Virus record (IMG/VR): IMGVR_UViG_3300026549_000034
Location: 32,001 to 96,000 of that record
DNA from: a virus
Lineage: Duplodnaviria; Caudoviricetes
DNA: 64,000 nucleotides
Strand: one strand, 5' to 3'
Every line of letters begins with the position of its first letter. Position 1 is the stretch's first letter. The notes under the pieces were generated by a model. That model was given only the letters and a program-made list of their open reading frames with translations, did no database searches and was not told where the DNA came from. The position numbers and the translations under genes were made by a program. Below, piece after piece: positions 39,847 to 50,800 of this stretch.

Positions 39847-39866
39847 GATATTAATATATAAATTTT

Positions 39867-40241
39867 TTAATCTTTGTAATATAATCCTTCAGGACCCCAT
39901 AAAAATACCGCAGTCTCACCATGTTCACCCATAGCCCCAACAGCCCATAAATTTTTTTCTCCATATTCTTTTATATAAGAATCAATATCAAATTCATTTT
40001 CAATCCATTCCATAAAATATCCTGATGAATCATATTTCTTTACAACATATTTTAATAATGAAGAAATAGTATGTGGTTTATCATAATCAATTATTGGGCA
40101 AGTAGCTATAATTTCCCACGGTTCACCATTATAATCATAAGCAGTTGTATTTAATTCTGCCTGTTTTAGTTGTTTATGATTATTCGTTTTTATGTTCTTA
40201 ACATCTAACTTTTCTTGTAATATTTGCTTTAATGTTTTCAT
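39867..40241 (-). CDS. capsid-targeting-leader protein
   Basis: MKTLKQILQEKLDVKNI. Confidence 0.7.
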   Translation of the reverse strand: MKTLKQILQEKLDVKNIKTNNHKQLKQAELNTTAYDYNGEPWEIIATCPIIDYDKPHTISSLLKYVVKKYDSSGYFMEWIENEFDIDSYIKEYGEKNLWAVGAMGEHGETAVFLWGPEGLYYKD

Positions 40242-40771
40242 ATAAAAAACTTCATATTTTTAAGTGTACTATATTCTTTATCTGATAAATATATTCTAAT
40301 TATTGAATCTTTATATGATCGCCATATATACATATAATTATTATATAATGTACCTATACTGTTATTTGTAAATTGTATATAATATTTGTCACGCTTTAAA
40401 TAAAATTTAGATAATTCATTATTTATTTTTTCACAAATATCTTTAGATAATATTGGTGAATCATCTTCATTAAATAAATTTATTTTTACTCTATTACGAT
40501 TTATGTTAACATCTGGTATAAATAAATTTCCTTTATTATAGAATGAAAAATATAATCTTAATGAATTGTTTTTATCAGTACTAATTTCGATATCTTTTAA
40601 GTTATATTTATTATACAATTTTTGAATTTGACCAAAAAACATATTAAAATCATATTTATATAAAGTCTCCGAAGGTAACACTAATACTTCTTCAGTTGAA
40701 TAATCAAGTTGTGTATCTTTCATATCTCTTGATATTTTAAGTTTTTCAGCTATTTCTGAATATTTTTTCAT
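40238..40771 (-). CDS. capsid-targeting-leader protein
   Basis: MKKYSEIAEKLKI. Confidence 0.6.
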   Translation of the reverse strand: MKKYSEIAEKLKISRDMKDTQLDYSTEEVLVLPSETLYKYDFNMFFGQIQKLYNKYNLKDIEISTDKNNSLRLYFSFYNKGNLFIPDVNINRNRVKINLFNEDDSPILSKDICEKINNELSKFYLKRDKYYIQFTNNSIGTLYNNYMYIWRSYKDSIIRIYLSDKEYSTLKNMKFFI

Positions 40772-41175
40772 AATTCACGTTTAACAATTATATTTATTAA
40801 TTCTTTTTCTTTATCTGTTAATATTATATCATATTTATCTGAATTTTTGTTGTTTTGAGTCATTACATATATATTTTTTATACAATTAGCTCCTCGCGCA
40901 AAATCATAATAAATACCATCTTTTACTAAAACATAATGATTTCCACACATTGCATCATCATCGCTAAGTAAATTTTGTGCACATTCAGAAAAATCAAAAT
41001 ATATGTCTAATGCATATTTGTTAAACATTTTAGGAAATTCATTTATAATTAACTTACATATTTTTTTACAATCCCCATATTTTTGTTTGTCTATACATTC
41101 TTCCCAAGTATTTGTTTTATAATATGACATTAAATATTTTTTAACCTTTTCTATTTGTTTATTAGATAAACTCAT
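40768..41175 (-). CDS. putative Cys-His-Asp protein (no leader)
   Basis: YGDCKKI...NHYVL...YYDFA. Confidence 0.55.
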   Translation of the reverse strand: MSLSNKQIEKVKKYLMSYYKTNTWEECIDKQKYGDCKKICKLIINEFPKMFNKYALDIYFDFSECAQNLLSDDDAMCGNHYVLVKDGIYYDFARGANCIKNIYVMTQNNKNSDKYDIILTDKEKELINIIVKREL

Positions 41176-41213
41176 ATTTTTGTCTTTTTAATTAAAATAG
41201 TATTTATGACTAA

Positions 41214-44200
41214 TTATTTAATAAGTATTTTTTCTTTAATTTTTTTATTATAAATATGTGATTTATCTAATGAATATTTTACATTAATATTATAGTATCC
41301 TTTGTTGTATATATTGTCATTTTTTGGTATTGATAATATTGACATGTTTGAATTACCATATATCTTAACATTGTTGCTTATACCAAATGATATAGGTTGT
41401 ATGTTCCATTTAGAATATACATCTAAGTTTGTTGGAAGCATTTTATTATTTTCTAATGAACATATTATCAAATCATCACTATTAAAATGATTTTTGCCGT
41501 TACTATCAATAAACTGCATTCTATTAATTAAAAATATATTATCGGAACTTGCATGTCTTAATATATACTGATTTCCTGAATTACCTGTAAATTCAATAGT
41601 ATTTTGATATTTATTTATGTCTAATATTGATGCAAATTTATCACAAGTATCTTTAGAAATAAATACTATATAATATTGTTGTTTATCATGCATCAAGAAC
41701 ATATCATAGTCATATTTTTCATTAAACTGAATATATGAATCATAAACTTCCTTAATTATCTCGCCTTCATCATAATCTATAGTTGTATCATTATTACTTG
41801 TTGTAATATTATTTACTTTATTGCATGTTATTGTAAATTTCTTATAGAAGAATTCTTTATATAAATCAACTTCATTACTTGTACTATCATAAGGTATTGG
41901 ATGTTCAATTGTTGAAATCTTATATAAATGCGGTGTAATTGTTACAGGATTGACTATAGATGAATTACATGAAAAGAACAATAATACTTTATATTCATTT
42001 CCTGATAATGTAATATATCCATGATTAATATATTCATTTACTATATTGTCACGTTCATCAAATATACATAATTTTACACATACAGCCCTATTAGTAGAAT
42101 CACATTCACAGTCTAATTTATATAGTCCCTTTAATCCAGTAAAGTCTTTACATAAATAGTTTATATAAGTATATTCATCATAGTCATCAGTAGGTGATTT
42201 TATTTGTAATGTATTTTGATCAATCTTATATGTCTCATGATAATTATATTCTATAGTACCATCTGAATTTATTTTAGACCAGTAGAATGAAGGATTTTGA
42301 ATATAAGCCATATCTAATGAATCAATATTTTTTCCATTGTTTAAGAAATATTGATAATAGTTTGATTCTTCAAGTCTAACATTAGGTATAGGATCAAGTT
42401 CATTACCTGTTATAGTATCTTTAAGACCTTTTACTGTGCAATAATATTTACCATCATTACGTTTTTCAAGATCAGAACAATTTTGTGAATTATAATAGCC
42501 AAATATATTTAATATTTTTGTTTGGTTCTTATAATAAAAATTAACTTTTAAATATATATTATTTGTATTATTATTGTAGTATTTAATAAATTCATTAGTT
42601 GTAGGTATAAAATCATTATATTGATTATTAGTCTTTTTTACAAAGCTATATGAGAATGACAATATATGTTTTTCACCTTTATATAAATAAACATAATTGT
42701 TGTTTTCAACATAAATATTTTTAATATCTACATTTAAATTATTTTGTTCATATTTATTTTCATTAGAAGCAAAGGATGCATAATCTTTATATATACAATA
42801 TCCTATGGAAATTTCATCATTATCTTCTATTATATTATACAATGATTCTGCATTTATGTTATTTTCATCTATATCATAGTTTGCAGTTCTACCAATAATA
42901 TAATATAATGCTTTACCTTCAATGATTTCTGGTTTATTACTACTTATTGTATATGCGTCTTGTCCATCTTTAGTTGATACACTTTCATCATCTATAATAC
43001 CAGATACTGTAAAAGTATTTGTGTATTTTTGTTTGTCAAATAATAAGTTTTTATATCGTACTGTGATGTTATTATAAAATGCTAATATATCTTGTCTATC
43101 ATCTTCAGTATCACCTTTTACATCTAACTTGAATAGATTATAAATATGTACATTATTAAGATATTTGTATGTATTTGATATATTAATTTTTTCTTGATAT
43201 CTACTTACTAAGTCACCGATTTTTGATAATCTAGTATCATCACCATCATTATCATATAAATAATCCCAATATCTAATTCCGAAAGATATATCATTTACAT
43301 TGACAAAATCTGGAAACCACATATAAGAATTAAAATATACCTTGTCATCAGTTATAGACTTTATTTGAGAAAAGTTTGAAAATATTTTTGATGGTTCATT
43401 ATAGAAATCATATGTATTTATATAGTTAGTTATGTCTAATTTTGTCTTATTGTCATCATTATAATTTACAAGTATACCATATTCATTATCCGAATCATCC
43501 TCTTTATGTTGTTTAAGGACATTATTTAGTTCATTAATGTCATTACACCAATATTGATATTGTAATGTTCCAATATGAATGTCAAGTTCACCAAGTTTAA
43601 TTATAAAGTCATAATCATACCAAACATTATTTACACACAAATATAAAGTAAATTCAGAATTTACATATCTTCCTAATGGTTTTTTAGCAAAATATTCTAT
43701 CAATTTAGGATATATTACAAATGAGTTATATATATAATTAGATGTTTGTATAAAGTTAAAAGAATTCTTGTATATAATTGAATTAGTATTTTTTTCTTTT
43801 AATATTAATATACAACTACAATATGTATTGTCATTTGTTATTATTTTAATAGGTACATTTATACAAGTATCATTAATTAAATACCAATCATAATTTTCTG
43901 AATTTTCATATATTTCATCAAGTTCTTCTTTAGTACTATCTTCTATTGCTTTATTAGATAATCTATACTCATTAAAATGCTCATCAACATAATGATATTG
44001 ATGTGTAATGAATCTTAAGTTTGATTTTGGAAATTCTACATTTATATTATTTTGAATTTGTAGATTAATTGTATTTTCATGTAAATGTGTCTTACAGTAA
44101 GAAAACAACTTAATGTCATTAGTATATACTTTATGTTCAAGCGAAATATTTTTTAAGTTAACAAATATTGGCAAGAAATATTTTCTATAATAATATGCTA

Positions 44201-45368
44201 AACAAGATATCTTTAAAGCCAACTCATTAAATGAATAATGAAAATATGAATCAATATATGAATAACGTTGTTCTTTAAGGTATTCATTAGTTTCAACAAC
44301 AGTCTGTGCAGTTGTCAAATCAATAAGCTTTGGATTGCCTTCACCCCAAAATATAATTTGATCTTCATTATTATTTATAATAGATTGTTCATATCTTTCT
44401 CCATTTTCTTTATTTAACTTGAGTTGTAAAGAAACATATTGAGTATTTATGAAGTTTTTAAATGCTAATAATATATCAGTATGAATATCAAAATAATCTC
44501 TAATAAATTGTTGTTTTACTTCATTTGTTGTTTCTACTAATTTATATAAAGTAAGTTTGTCATAAAAGCCAAACCATTTTAATGAATCTATTGCAGAATT
44601 ATAATTACCACATTCACCTTTGATATTCATGTAGTTAATCATATATTCCTTTAATTTTCTGTTATATAGTTCTTCATTAAATTGGTCATTGAAGAAACTT
44701 GTACCATTTATAGCTCTTAATATGTCTTTAGGTAAGTCTACCCCCATATTCTTACCATGAATATATAAAGTCTCATACATATCTATAAATGTACCGCCAA
44801 CAGTAATAGGACACCAAATTTGATCATCATTATATTTCTTTGTTATGTTTATCATAATATTAGAAGTCCATGTTCCCGGTTCATCTGTCTTACCAATTAC
44901 ATAAATAGGAATAAGTAATAATGATCTATCGTTATCTTTTATTTTTACAACAATAATATCTTCATCATTATTTGAAGACAAATTCAATATTGGTTCTAAT
45001 TGACCAGTTTCACTATTATATGTATGTGAAATAGTTGATATATCTATAGTATCAGTTATTGAATTGATATTATATATTTTTTCCTGAAAACTATTAGCTT
45101 TTATAAAACTAAATATTTTTGAATCAATAGTAATATTAATATCATATAAGTCTGATATACTATTTTCACTAAATATGTCTATATTGTCTTCAATTTCATA
45201 TAATATATTTATAGATCTGGCATAGTAATTATTTATAGATAAATTTTGACAATCTGTTGTGTCATTTATCCAAAATACATAAGGATTTTCTTCATATTCA
45301 TATCCTATTGGTTTCTTTTTATAAGATGTTAATGTAAAAGTATGTCCACTATTATCTAAAAAATACAT
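41214..45368 (-). CDS. large virion structural protein, probably baseplate/tail
   Basis: 1384 aa, Asn/Tyr/Ile-rich, next to neck gene; IKGECGNYNSAIDSLKWFGF resembles baseplate-wedge segments. Confidence 0.5.
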   Translation of the reverse strand: MYFLDNSGHTFTLTSYKKKPIGYEYEENPYVFWINDTTDCQNLSINNYYARSINILYEIEDNIDIFSENSISDLYDINITIDSKIFSFIKANSFQEKIYNINSITDTIDISTISHTYNSETGQLEPILNLSSNNDEDIIVVKIKDNDRSLLLIPIYVIGKTDEPGTWTSNIMINITKKYNDDQIWCPITVGGTFIDMYETLYIHGKNMGVDLPKDILRAINGTSFFNDQFNEELYNRKLKEYMINYMNIKGECGNYNSAIDSLKWFGFYDKLTLYKLVETTNEVKQQFIRDYFDIHTDILLAFKNFINTQYVSLQLKLNKENGERYEQSIINNNEDQIIFWGEGNPKLIDLTTAQTVVETNEYLKEQRYSYIDSYFHYSFNELALKISCLAYYYRKYFLPIFVNLKNISLEHKVYTNDIKLFSYCKTHLHENTINLQIQNNINVEFPKSNLRFITHQYHYVDEHFNEYRLSNKAIEDSTKEELDEIYENSENYDWYLINDTCINVPIKIITNDNTYCSCILILKEKNTNSIIYKNSFNFIQTSNYIYNSFVIYPKLIEYFAKKPLGRYVNSEFTLYLCVNNVWYDYDFIIKLGELDIHIGTLQYQYWCNDINELNNVLKQHKEDDSDNEYGILVNYNDDNKTKLDITNYINTYDFYNEPSKIFSNFSQIKSITDDKVYFNSYMWFPDFVNVNDISFGIRYWDYLYDNDGDDTRLSKIGDLVSRYQEKINISNTYKYLNNVHIYNLFKLDVKGDTEDDRQDILAFYNNITVRYKNLLFDKQKYTNTFTVSGIIDDESVSTKDGQDAYTISSNKPEIIEGKALYYIIGRTANYDIDENNINAESLYNIIEDNDEISIGYCIYKDYASFASNENKYEQNNLNVDIKNIYVENNNYVYLYKGEKHILSFSYSFVKKTNNQYNDFIPTTNEFIKYYNNNTNNIYLKVNFYYKNQTKILNIFGYYNSQNCSDLEKRNDGKYYCTVKGLKDTITGNELDPIPNVRLEESNYYQYFLNNGKNIDSLDMAYIQNPSFYWSKINSDGTIEYNYHETYKIDQNTLQIKSPTDDYDEYTYINYLCKDFTGLKGLYKLDCECDSTNRAVCVKLCIFDERDNIVNEYINHGYITLSGNEYKVLLFFSCNSSIVNPVTITPHLYKISTIEHPIPYDSTSNEVDLYKEFFYKKFTITCNKVNNITTSNNDTTIDYDEGEIIKEVYDSYIQFNEKYDYDMFLMHDKQQYYIVFISKDTCDKFASILDINKYQNTIEFTGNSGNQYILRHASSDNIFLINRMQFIDSNGKNHFNSDDLIICSLENNKMLPTNLDVYSKWNIQPISFGISNNVKIYGNSNMSILSIPKNDNIYNKGYYNINVKYSLDKSHIYNKKIKEKILIK

Positions 45369-45440
45369 TATATAATTATGATATATGTTTTTATTATTTA
45401 AAAATATTTTTTGTTTTTGTTTTTCATATTAAATTATGAC

Positions 45441-45470
45441 AAAAAAAAAGACTTCATAAGAAGTCTTTTT
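45441..45470 (-). terminator. intrinsic terminator
   Basis: AAAAAGACTTCATAAGAAGTCTTTTT hairpin. Confidence 0.75.
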
Positions 45471-45496
45471 GTATATATTAAATGTTTAACTATTGT

Positions 45497-45748
45497 TTAA
45501 TCATACCAAGTAATATATTTAAATCTCTTTAGTTTATCTATATATTTTATTAAAGTAATAAGTCGTACATCAATAAGCTGAATAAATATTACTAAAACTG
45601 CATTTCCCTTAAATAATATTTTTGGTAAGCATTTATTCAAAATACCTTCTGAAGCATAATCATATTTAATGTCTCCAGTTGTATTTAATTTTTCATATCT
45701 ATATGTTCTATATGTAAGACTATTCTTAATATCCACCTTAATATTCAA
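45497..45748 (-). CDS. small hypothetical (possibly structural) protein
   Basis: 83 aa. Confidence 0.6.
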   Translation of the reverse strand: MNIKVDIKNSLTYRTYRYEKLNTTGDIKYDYASEGILNKCLPKILFKGNAVLVIFIQLIDVRLITLIKYIDKLKRFKYITWYD

Positions 45749-46811
45749 TATTATATTTTTTCATTAGTTCTTTTATTTTTTCTACTGATTTTTCTAATGT
45801 TGTTTTTTTGTTTTGCATCTCTTTTTGATACATATCAGAATAAGAACCAGTTGATGCTTTGTTACGGGCATTTGTATATTCTGCAATTGTTGGTAAAAGT
45901 CCGTTTACACCAGTATAATAACCTTGTTTACTATATCTATTTGGCTCAACATAACGTTGTTTATCATATATATATTTTGTTAATTCACCAATTGCATATA
46001 CTTTATCTGCATTAGTTATTGGATCTTTAGCAATTTCAATAGATAATTCAGAAATCTTAGATATTATTTTACCACATTCATTCAAAAGATCTTCATTATT
46101 TTCTCTTTTTGCTTTATTTTGTGCAACTATTTTCTTATATCTATCAACATTTGCTTGAGCCATTCGTCGTAATGATTCTGGATCAGTATATACCATACCA
46201 CTTTTATCTAATCTTCTTTGCTGTTGTATTTTCTGTACAATATTTTTGTCTTGTAATGGAATAAAATATACATCACTATCTTTGAACTTTTCAATCTTTT
46301 CTGCTTGTTTTAAATTATATCTACTTCCATATTCTAAATTATATCCGCTATTATTTGTAGAATTTAGCATATATATGTCTCCACCAGGAAACATAATATA
46401 TGTATAATTAGAATCTTTATAAGCAGCAACAATTGAATTTAATTTTCCTTGAATTATCTTTCTAATTTCTGCATTTACTTTATTTTCAGTTTTTGCAAAA
46501 TCTTCTTTAGATATAAACTTGACATCCGAATCATTTACTTTATCCCATTGAATAACTTTACTATACTCACCGAATATTTCTTTGAATGTTTTATTTTGCG
46601 CTTTACTTGCGCCCCAAAAATATCCTTGTTCCTTTTTGGCATCATCCTCATCATTTAATTGTTTTTGTCTATTGGTTTTAAGTGTTTTTAGTTGTTTAGC
46701 AATATCCCTAAGAATTTTACAATTAAGTGATTCATATATTATTTCACTATCTAATGTATTAAATAAATTAGTTATCTTATATTCATTGATATAGTTTATT
46801 AAGTCTTTCAT
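45738..46811 (-). CDS. capsid-targeting-leader protein
   Basis: MKDLINYINE; second IIYE site. Confidence 0.7.
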   Translation of the reverse strand: MKDLINYINEYKITNLFNTLDSEIIYESLNCKILRDIAKQLKTLKTNRQKQLNDEDDAKKEQGYFWGASKAQNKTFKEIFGEYSKVIQWDKVNDSDVKFISKEDFAKTENKVNAEIRKIIQGKLNSIVAAYKDSNYTYIMFPGGDIYMLNSTNNSGYNLEYGSRYNLKQAEKIEKFKDSDVYFIPLQDKNIVQKIQQQRRLDKSGMVYTDPESLRRMAQANVDRYKKIVAQNKAKRENNEDLLNECGKIISKISELSIEIAKDPITNADKVYAIGELTKYIYDKQRYVEPNRYSKQGYYTGVNGLLPTIAEYTNARNKASTGSYSDMYQKEMQNKKTTLEKSVEKIKELMKKYNIEY

Positions 46812-46850
46812 AAAATCTAATAATATTTTTTAATTAATATTTTTCTATTT

Positions 46851-46912
46851 TTAAATTGTGTTACTATTAAAGAAATTTTGTTTTCTTTAAATGGTGTTAC
46901 TATTAAAGAAAT
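46851..46912. repeat. 26-bp direct repeat (1 mismatch) duplicating the 3' end of the neck gene
   Basis: TTAAAT(T/G)GTGTTACTATTAAAGAAAT at 46851 and 46887. Confidence 0.8.
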
Positions 46913-47723
46913 AATCCGCCGAATGTTGACTGGTGCACCATTCTTCAATTTTTTCTATTTCTCTATCAGCACTATCTTCAAAACGAGAGTAATTTAATGT
47001 AATACCTCCAGGAAGTTTATATTCAAATGTTCCTAATATTGTTGACATTGATTTCTTTCCTAAGCAGACGCATAATCTGAAGAAGTAATATAATTGGTAA
47101 AGATCTTGTATTTTGCATCTAAGAAAACATTGAAGCAATAAATCGGAATTCCCTAATGCACCAAGTATTACTAATTTATGTGAATACGGATTATAGTTAA
47201 ACGTCAATGGCGATTCAAACATTGCTTTATAAGTTTGTACTTCATATAAAGCACCCATAACATCTGTCATTCTATAACCAGTTCCACCACCAAACACATC
47301 TTGTAGATTACCACCTATACCAGATGCCATAATAGAATTGTTCATTATAAGACGTTCTAATGAAAAGTCCCCAAGAACTCCATAGTTAAATACTTCATTT
47401 GTCTTATACACACCAAATACTGATAATATTCTTTGTGGTAATGTTATGATTTTATTAGGACCGCATTTACAAAAGTCATAATTCTTAATGCAATAATATC
47501 GTTCTTCAACTGCAAAATCATAGTTCTCCCAAAAGAATTGTGCTGCTTGTAAAATTAATGGTGGTATTGCTGCAGCTGGAACAGGTAATGGCAATGCACA
47601 AGATTGAGTCAAATCCTGAACAATTCTTTGTATGAATTGATAGTCTGTTTGATCTTCAAGTTGATTTTGTAGTTTAACTCTATCTTCCGTTGTCAATTGT
47701 TTATTTTGTGGAATACAATTCAT
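46887..47723 (-). CDS. neck protein, T4 gp13-like
   Basis: A.QFFWENY, FNYNP, KLPGGITLN..R...ADREIEKIE. Confidence 0.75.
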   Translation of the reverse strand: MNCIPQNKQLTTEDRVKLQNQLEDQTDYQFIQRIVQDLTQSCALPLPVPAAAIPPLILQAAQFFWENYDFAVEERYYCIKNYDFCKCGPNKIITLPQRILSVFGVYKTNEVFNYGVLGDFSLERLIMNNSIMASGIGGNLQDVFGGGTGYRMTDVMGALYEVQTYKAMFESPLTFNYNPYSHKLVILGALGNSDLLLQCFLRCKIQDLYQLYYFFRLCVCLGKKSMSTILGTFEYKLPGGITLNYSRFEDSADREIEKIEEWCTSQHSADYFFNSNTI

Positions 47724-47753
47724 TATATTAACTATATTACAACTTATATATAA

Positions 47754-47762
47754 TTAAAAATA
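47754..47762 (-). promoter_or_regulatory. representative of recurrent TATTTTTAW motif (candidate late promoter)
   Basis: 20-40 nt upstream of structural or leader genes starting at 9584, 13369, 27832, 36376, 38894, 45368, 47723, 53542 and 57110. Confidence 0.4.
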
Positions 47763-47882
47763 AAAATAAGTCTATTAAGTTATAGTTAGATTTTTAAAAA
47801 TTATAATCATTAATATTAAAACTTTACTACTTACTTAATCTATATTTAAATAACAAAAAAATATATGTATGACAACAATTAA

Positions 47883-50800
47883 ATGGGTAATTCCATAAAT
47901 AACTATATAAGTAATCTTTACAATTTTTATAAATCAACTACTCAAAAAAATCAATCTTTAACTGACATATTAACAAACTTCTCACAAATCAGTAAAGATT
48001 ATAAAGACATTATAAAAGAAAAAAATATTGCAAATAATCAATATCATTATTCTTCATATAATTTTGTTGAATGTACTAATGAAGAACAATTAGATTTTAT
48101 AAATAATCAATTACAACTTATAGAATCATTAGTAACCAACAGTATTTATGAAAAAAATGGTATGATATGGAATTGGTATGATATTTTTAATTTGATTACT
48201 AATGCTGAATATGCTAATACTGAAAAGATAAAAAGAAAAGTAGTATATTCAACAACAAATGTAAATCGCCCTATTGGTGATGTATCATATAATTTATGGA
48301 ATGGTTTGCAAATTATTGACCTTGATATTAAGAATGCAGAATTAGCAACTAATCTAAAACCTTTACTATTTGATAATCTTAAGAAATATTCATGGTTTTT
48401 AGGTATATGTAAGTCTGCATCTAAGAAATCATTACATATATGGACAAAAATCACACCGTTCACAATTGAAAATGATCATCGAAGAATAGAATATCTTGCC
48501 AACTTCCGTCATAAATATTCATATATTTATATTGTATTATTACAATTAATGGATAAGTTTTCATATACAAAAGATGACATTATTCAATATATGGATATGG
48601 CTATGTGTAAGCCTCAACAGGGTATTTTCATATCTTCTGATAATGAAGCTATGATGAATACTAACTTTATTGATCTTCGTCTTGATGTTAATTTTGAATC
48701 TGCGTGCAATAACGGTATAGAATCTATTAATTGGATTTCACATCCTGATCTTAAAGAAAGATTTAGACAACTTGAATGGTTTAGTAATGATAAAGTTGAA
48801 AATGAAGTACAAATATCTAATATTTCAGAACTAGAAAATAGAGATGTATCTAAAAACAAAAGAATACACTATAAGCATAATCAACGTTGGCAATTAGCAA
48901 ATACATTAGCAGCATTATATGGTGAGGAAAAGGGTCTTAAGATAATGGTAGAAATATGTAAAGACACACCTTATCAAGAATTAAAAGGTGACATACATAC
49001 CGCAGTAATACATAATAAACCAATATCTGAATGGGCTGTAAAGACTCTTAACAGAAGTCATGGATTTAACATTAAAATAAAAGAAAACAATGAGGAATAT
49101 AGTAAAGAAATTGAAAAGATAAATGAAAAGATAAGTGAAGACGATTCTATAGATCCAACAAAAATACTTAATGATAATACAGATAGAATAACATTACACT
49201 TAAAAAGTACACAATATTTGTCAGATATAAAAGAAGATATTGTTAAAAACTTAGGAAAAATAACATTATTAGAGGCAGGTGCAGGATATGGTAAGACTGA
49301 AATGATAAAAAGTCTTAAAGACAAAACATTACTTATATTACCATTTACATCTACTATTAAAGCCAAAGTAGAAGCAAGTGAAGTAACAAAGGATTGGTTG
49401 TATTATTATGGAAACAAAAGACCTACACTTGATGAAATTCTTGGACATCAAAATATGTCTATGACAGTAGATAAGTTTTCAAGATTAAATGTAATGGAAC
49501 TTGATCAGGCTGATTTTAAGTATATTGTTATAGACGAATCACATTTATTATTCACTAGTTCTTATAGAGATGTTATGTCACCAACTATTCAACGACTTGC
49601 AAATTGTAATGCAAAGATAATTATGATGACAGGAACACCAACTGGAGAATTATTGTTCTTTCCTGGGATAAAACATATTAAAGTAATTAAAGAAGATAAT
49701 AGAATAAAAGAATTTGAAATACATTTATGTCATGCAAAAACTGAAAAACTAATTCAAATGTGTCATAGTATGGGTGATGATATTATTGCTGGTAAGAAAA
49801 TATTATACCCATCAAACAAAGGAAATCTACATTATGAACAAATACGAGGAATAATACAAGAATATCTTATTGAAAAAGGATATAATAAACCAATACGTTC
49901 ATTCTATTATAAGAAGGCAAACTATGGTGAGGAAACAATGGAAGAAATTAATGTAGACAAATCAATTGGAAATAATGATTTGATTATGTGTACAAATTAT
50001 TTATCTGTTGGTGTAGACATATGTGACAAATATAATTTTTCGGTATATTTTAGTGAATTATGGATTCCACAAGATGTTGAACAGTTTGCAAATAGATTAA
50101 GAAATAATGATTTGTATCTTAAAATGTTTCTTGAAAAATATGATTCATCAGGATATAAGATAAATTATAATGATACTAAACCATTAAATCTTAACTTTAA
50201 TATGGTAGAAATGCTTGTTATGAGAGATTTTTTAAGAGTTGTAAATGATATGATTGAAAGAAATGATGAAGAATCAAAATATAATCCAATGATTTATTCA
50301 TTATTGACAGCAAACAAATCTTTAAAGTATGATGAAAATGATTGTAAATTTTATATTGATGAGACAACATATAAGTTAAAGATATTTGAAGAAAGATATT
50401 CTGAATATTCAAAACAAATGAATGTACTATTAAATGGATTAAAATATTATGGATATACAACAAATATTATAGATCATCAAGAAGTAATTAGTGAGGAAGA
50501 TATAACTGCAGTTGAAGAATTATTGAAACAGTATAGACATAGTCATTTTAATGAACAAACAGTAAAGACTTTCAAATTTTTACACCATATTAATGATTCT
50601 AATATAGACATATATAAGGAAATACTTAAGGGATCATATTCTATATTTAAAGATGAAGAATATAAAGAAGTAAGAGAGGAAAACAATATATATGCAGAAG
50701 ATATTGAAATTGTTATGAAAAACTTACCTATATATTTAGGCTTATATAAATTTTATGATCCTGAAACAATTATAGAAATATTTGAATATTGTAAAGAAAA

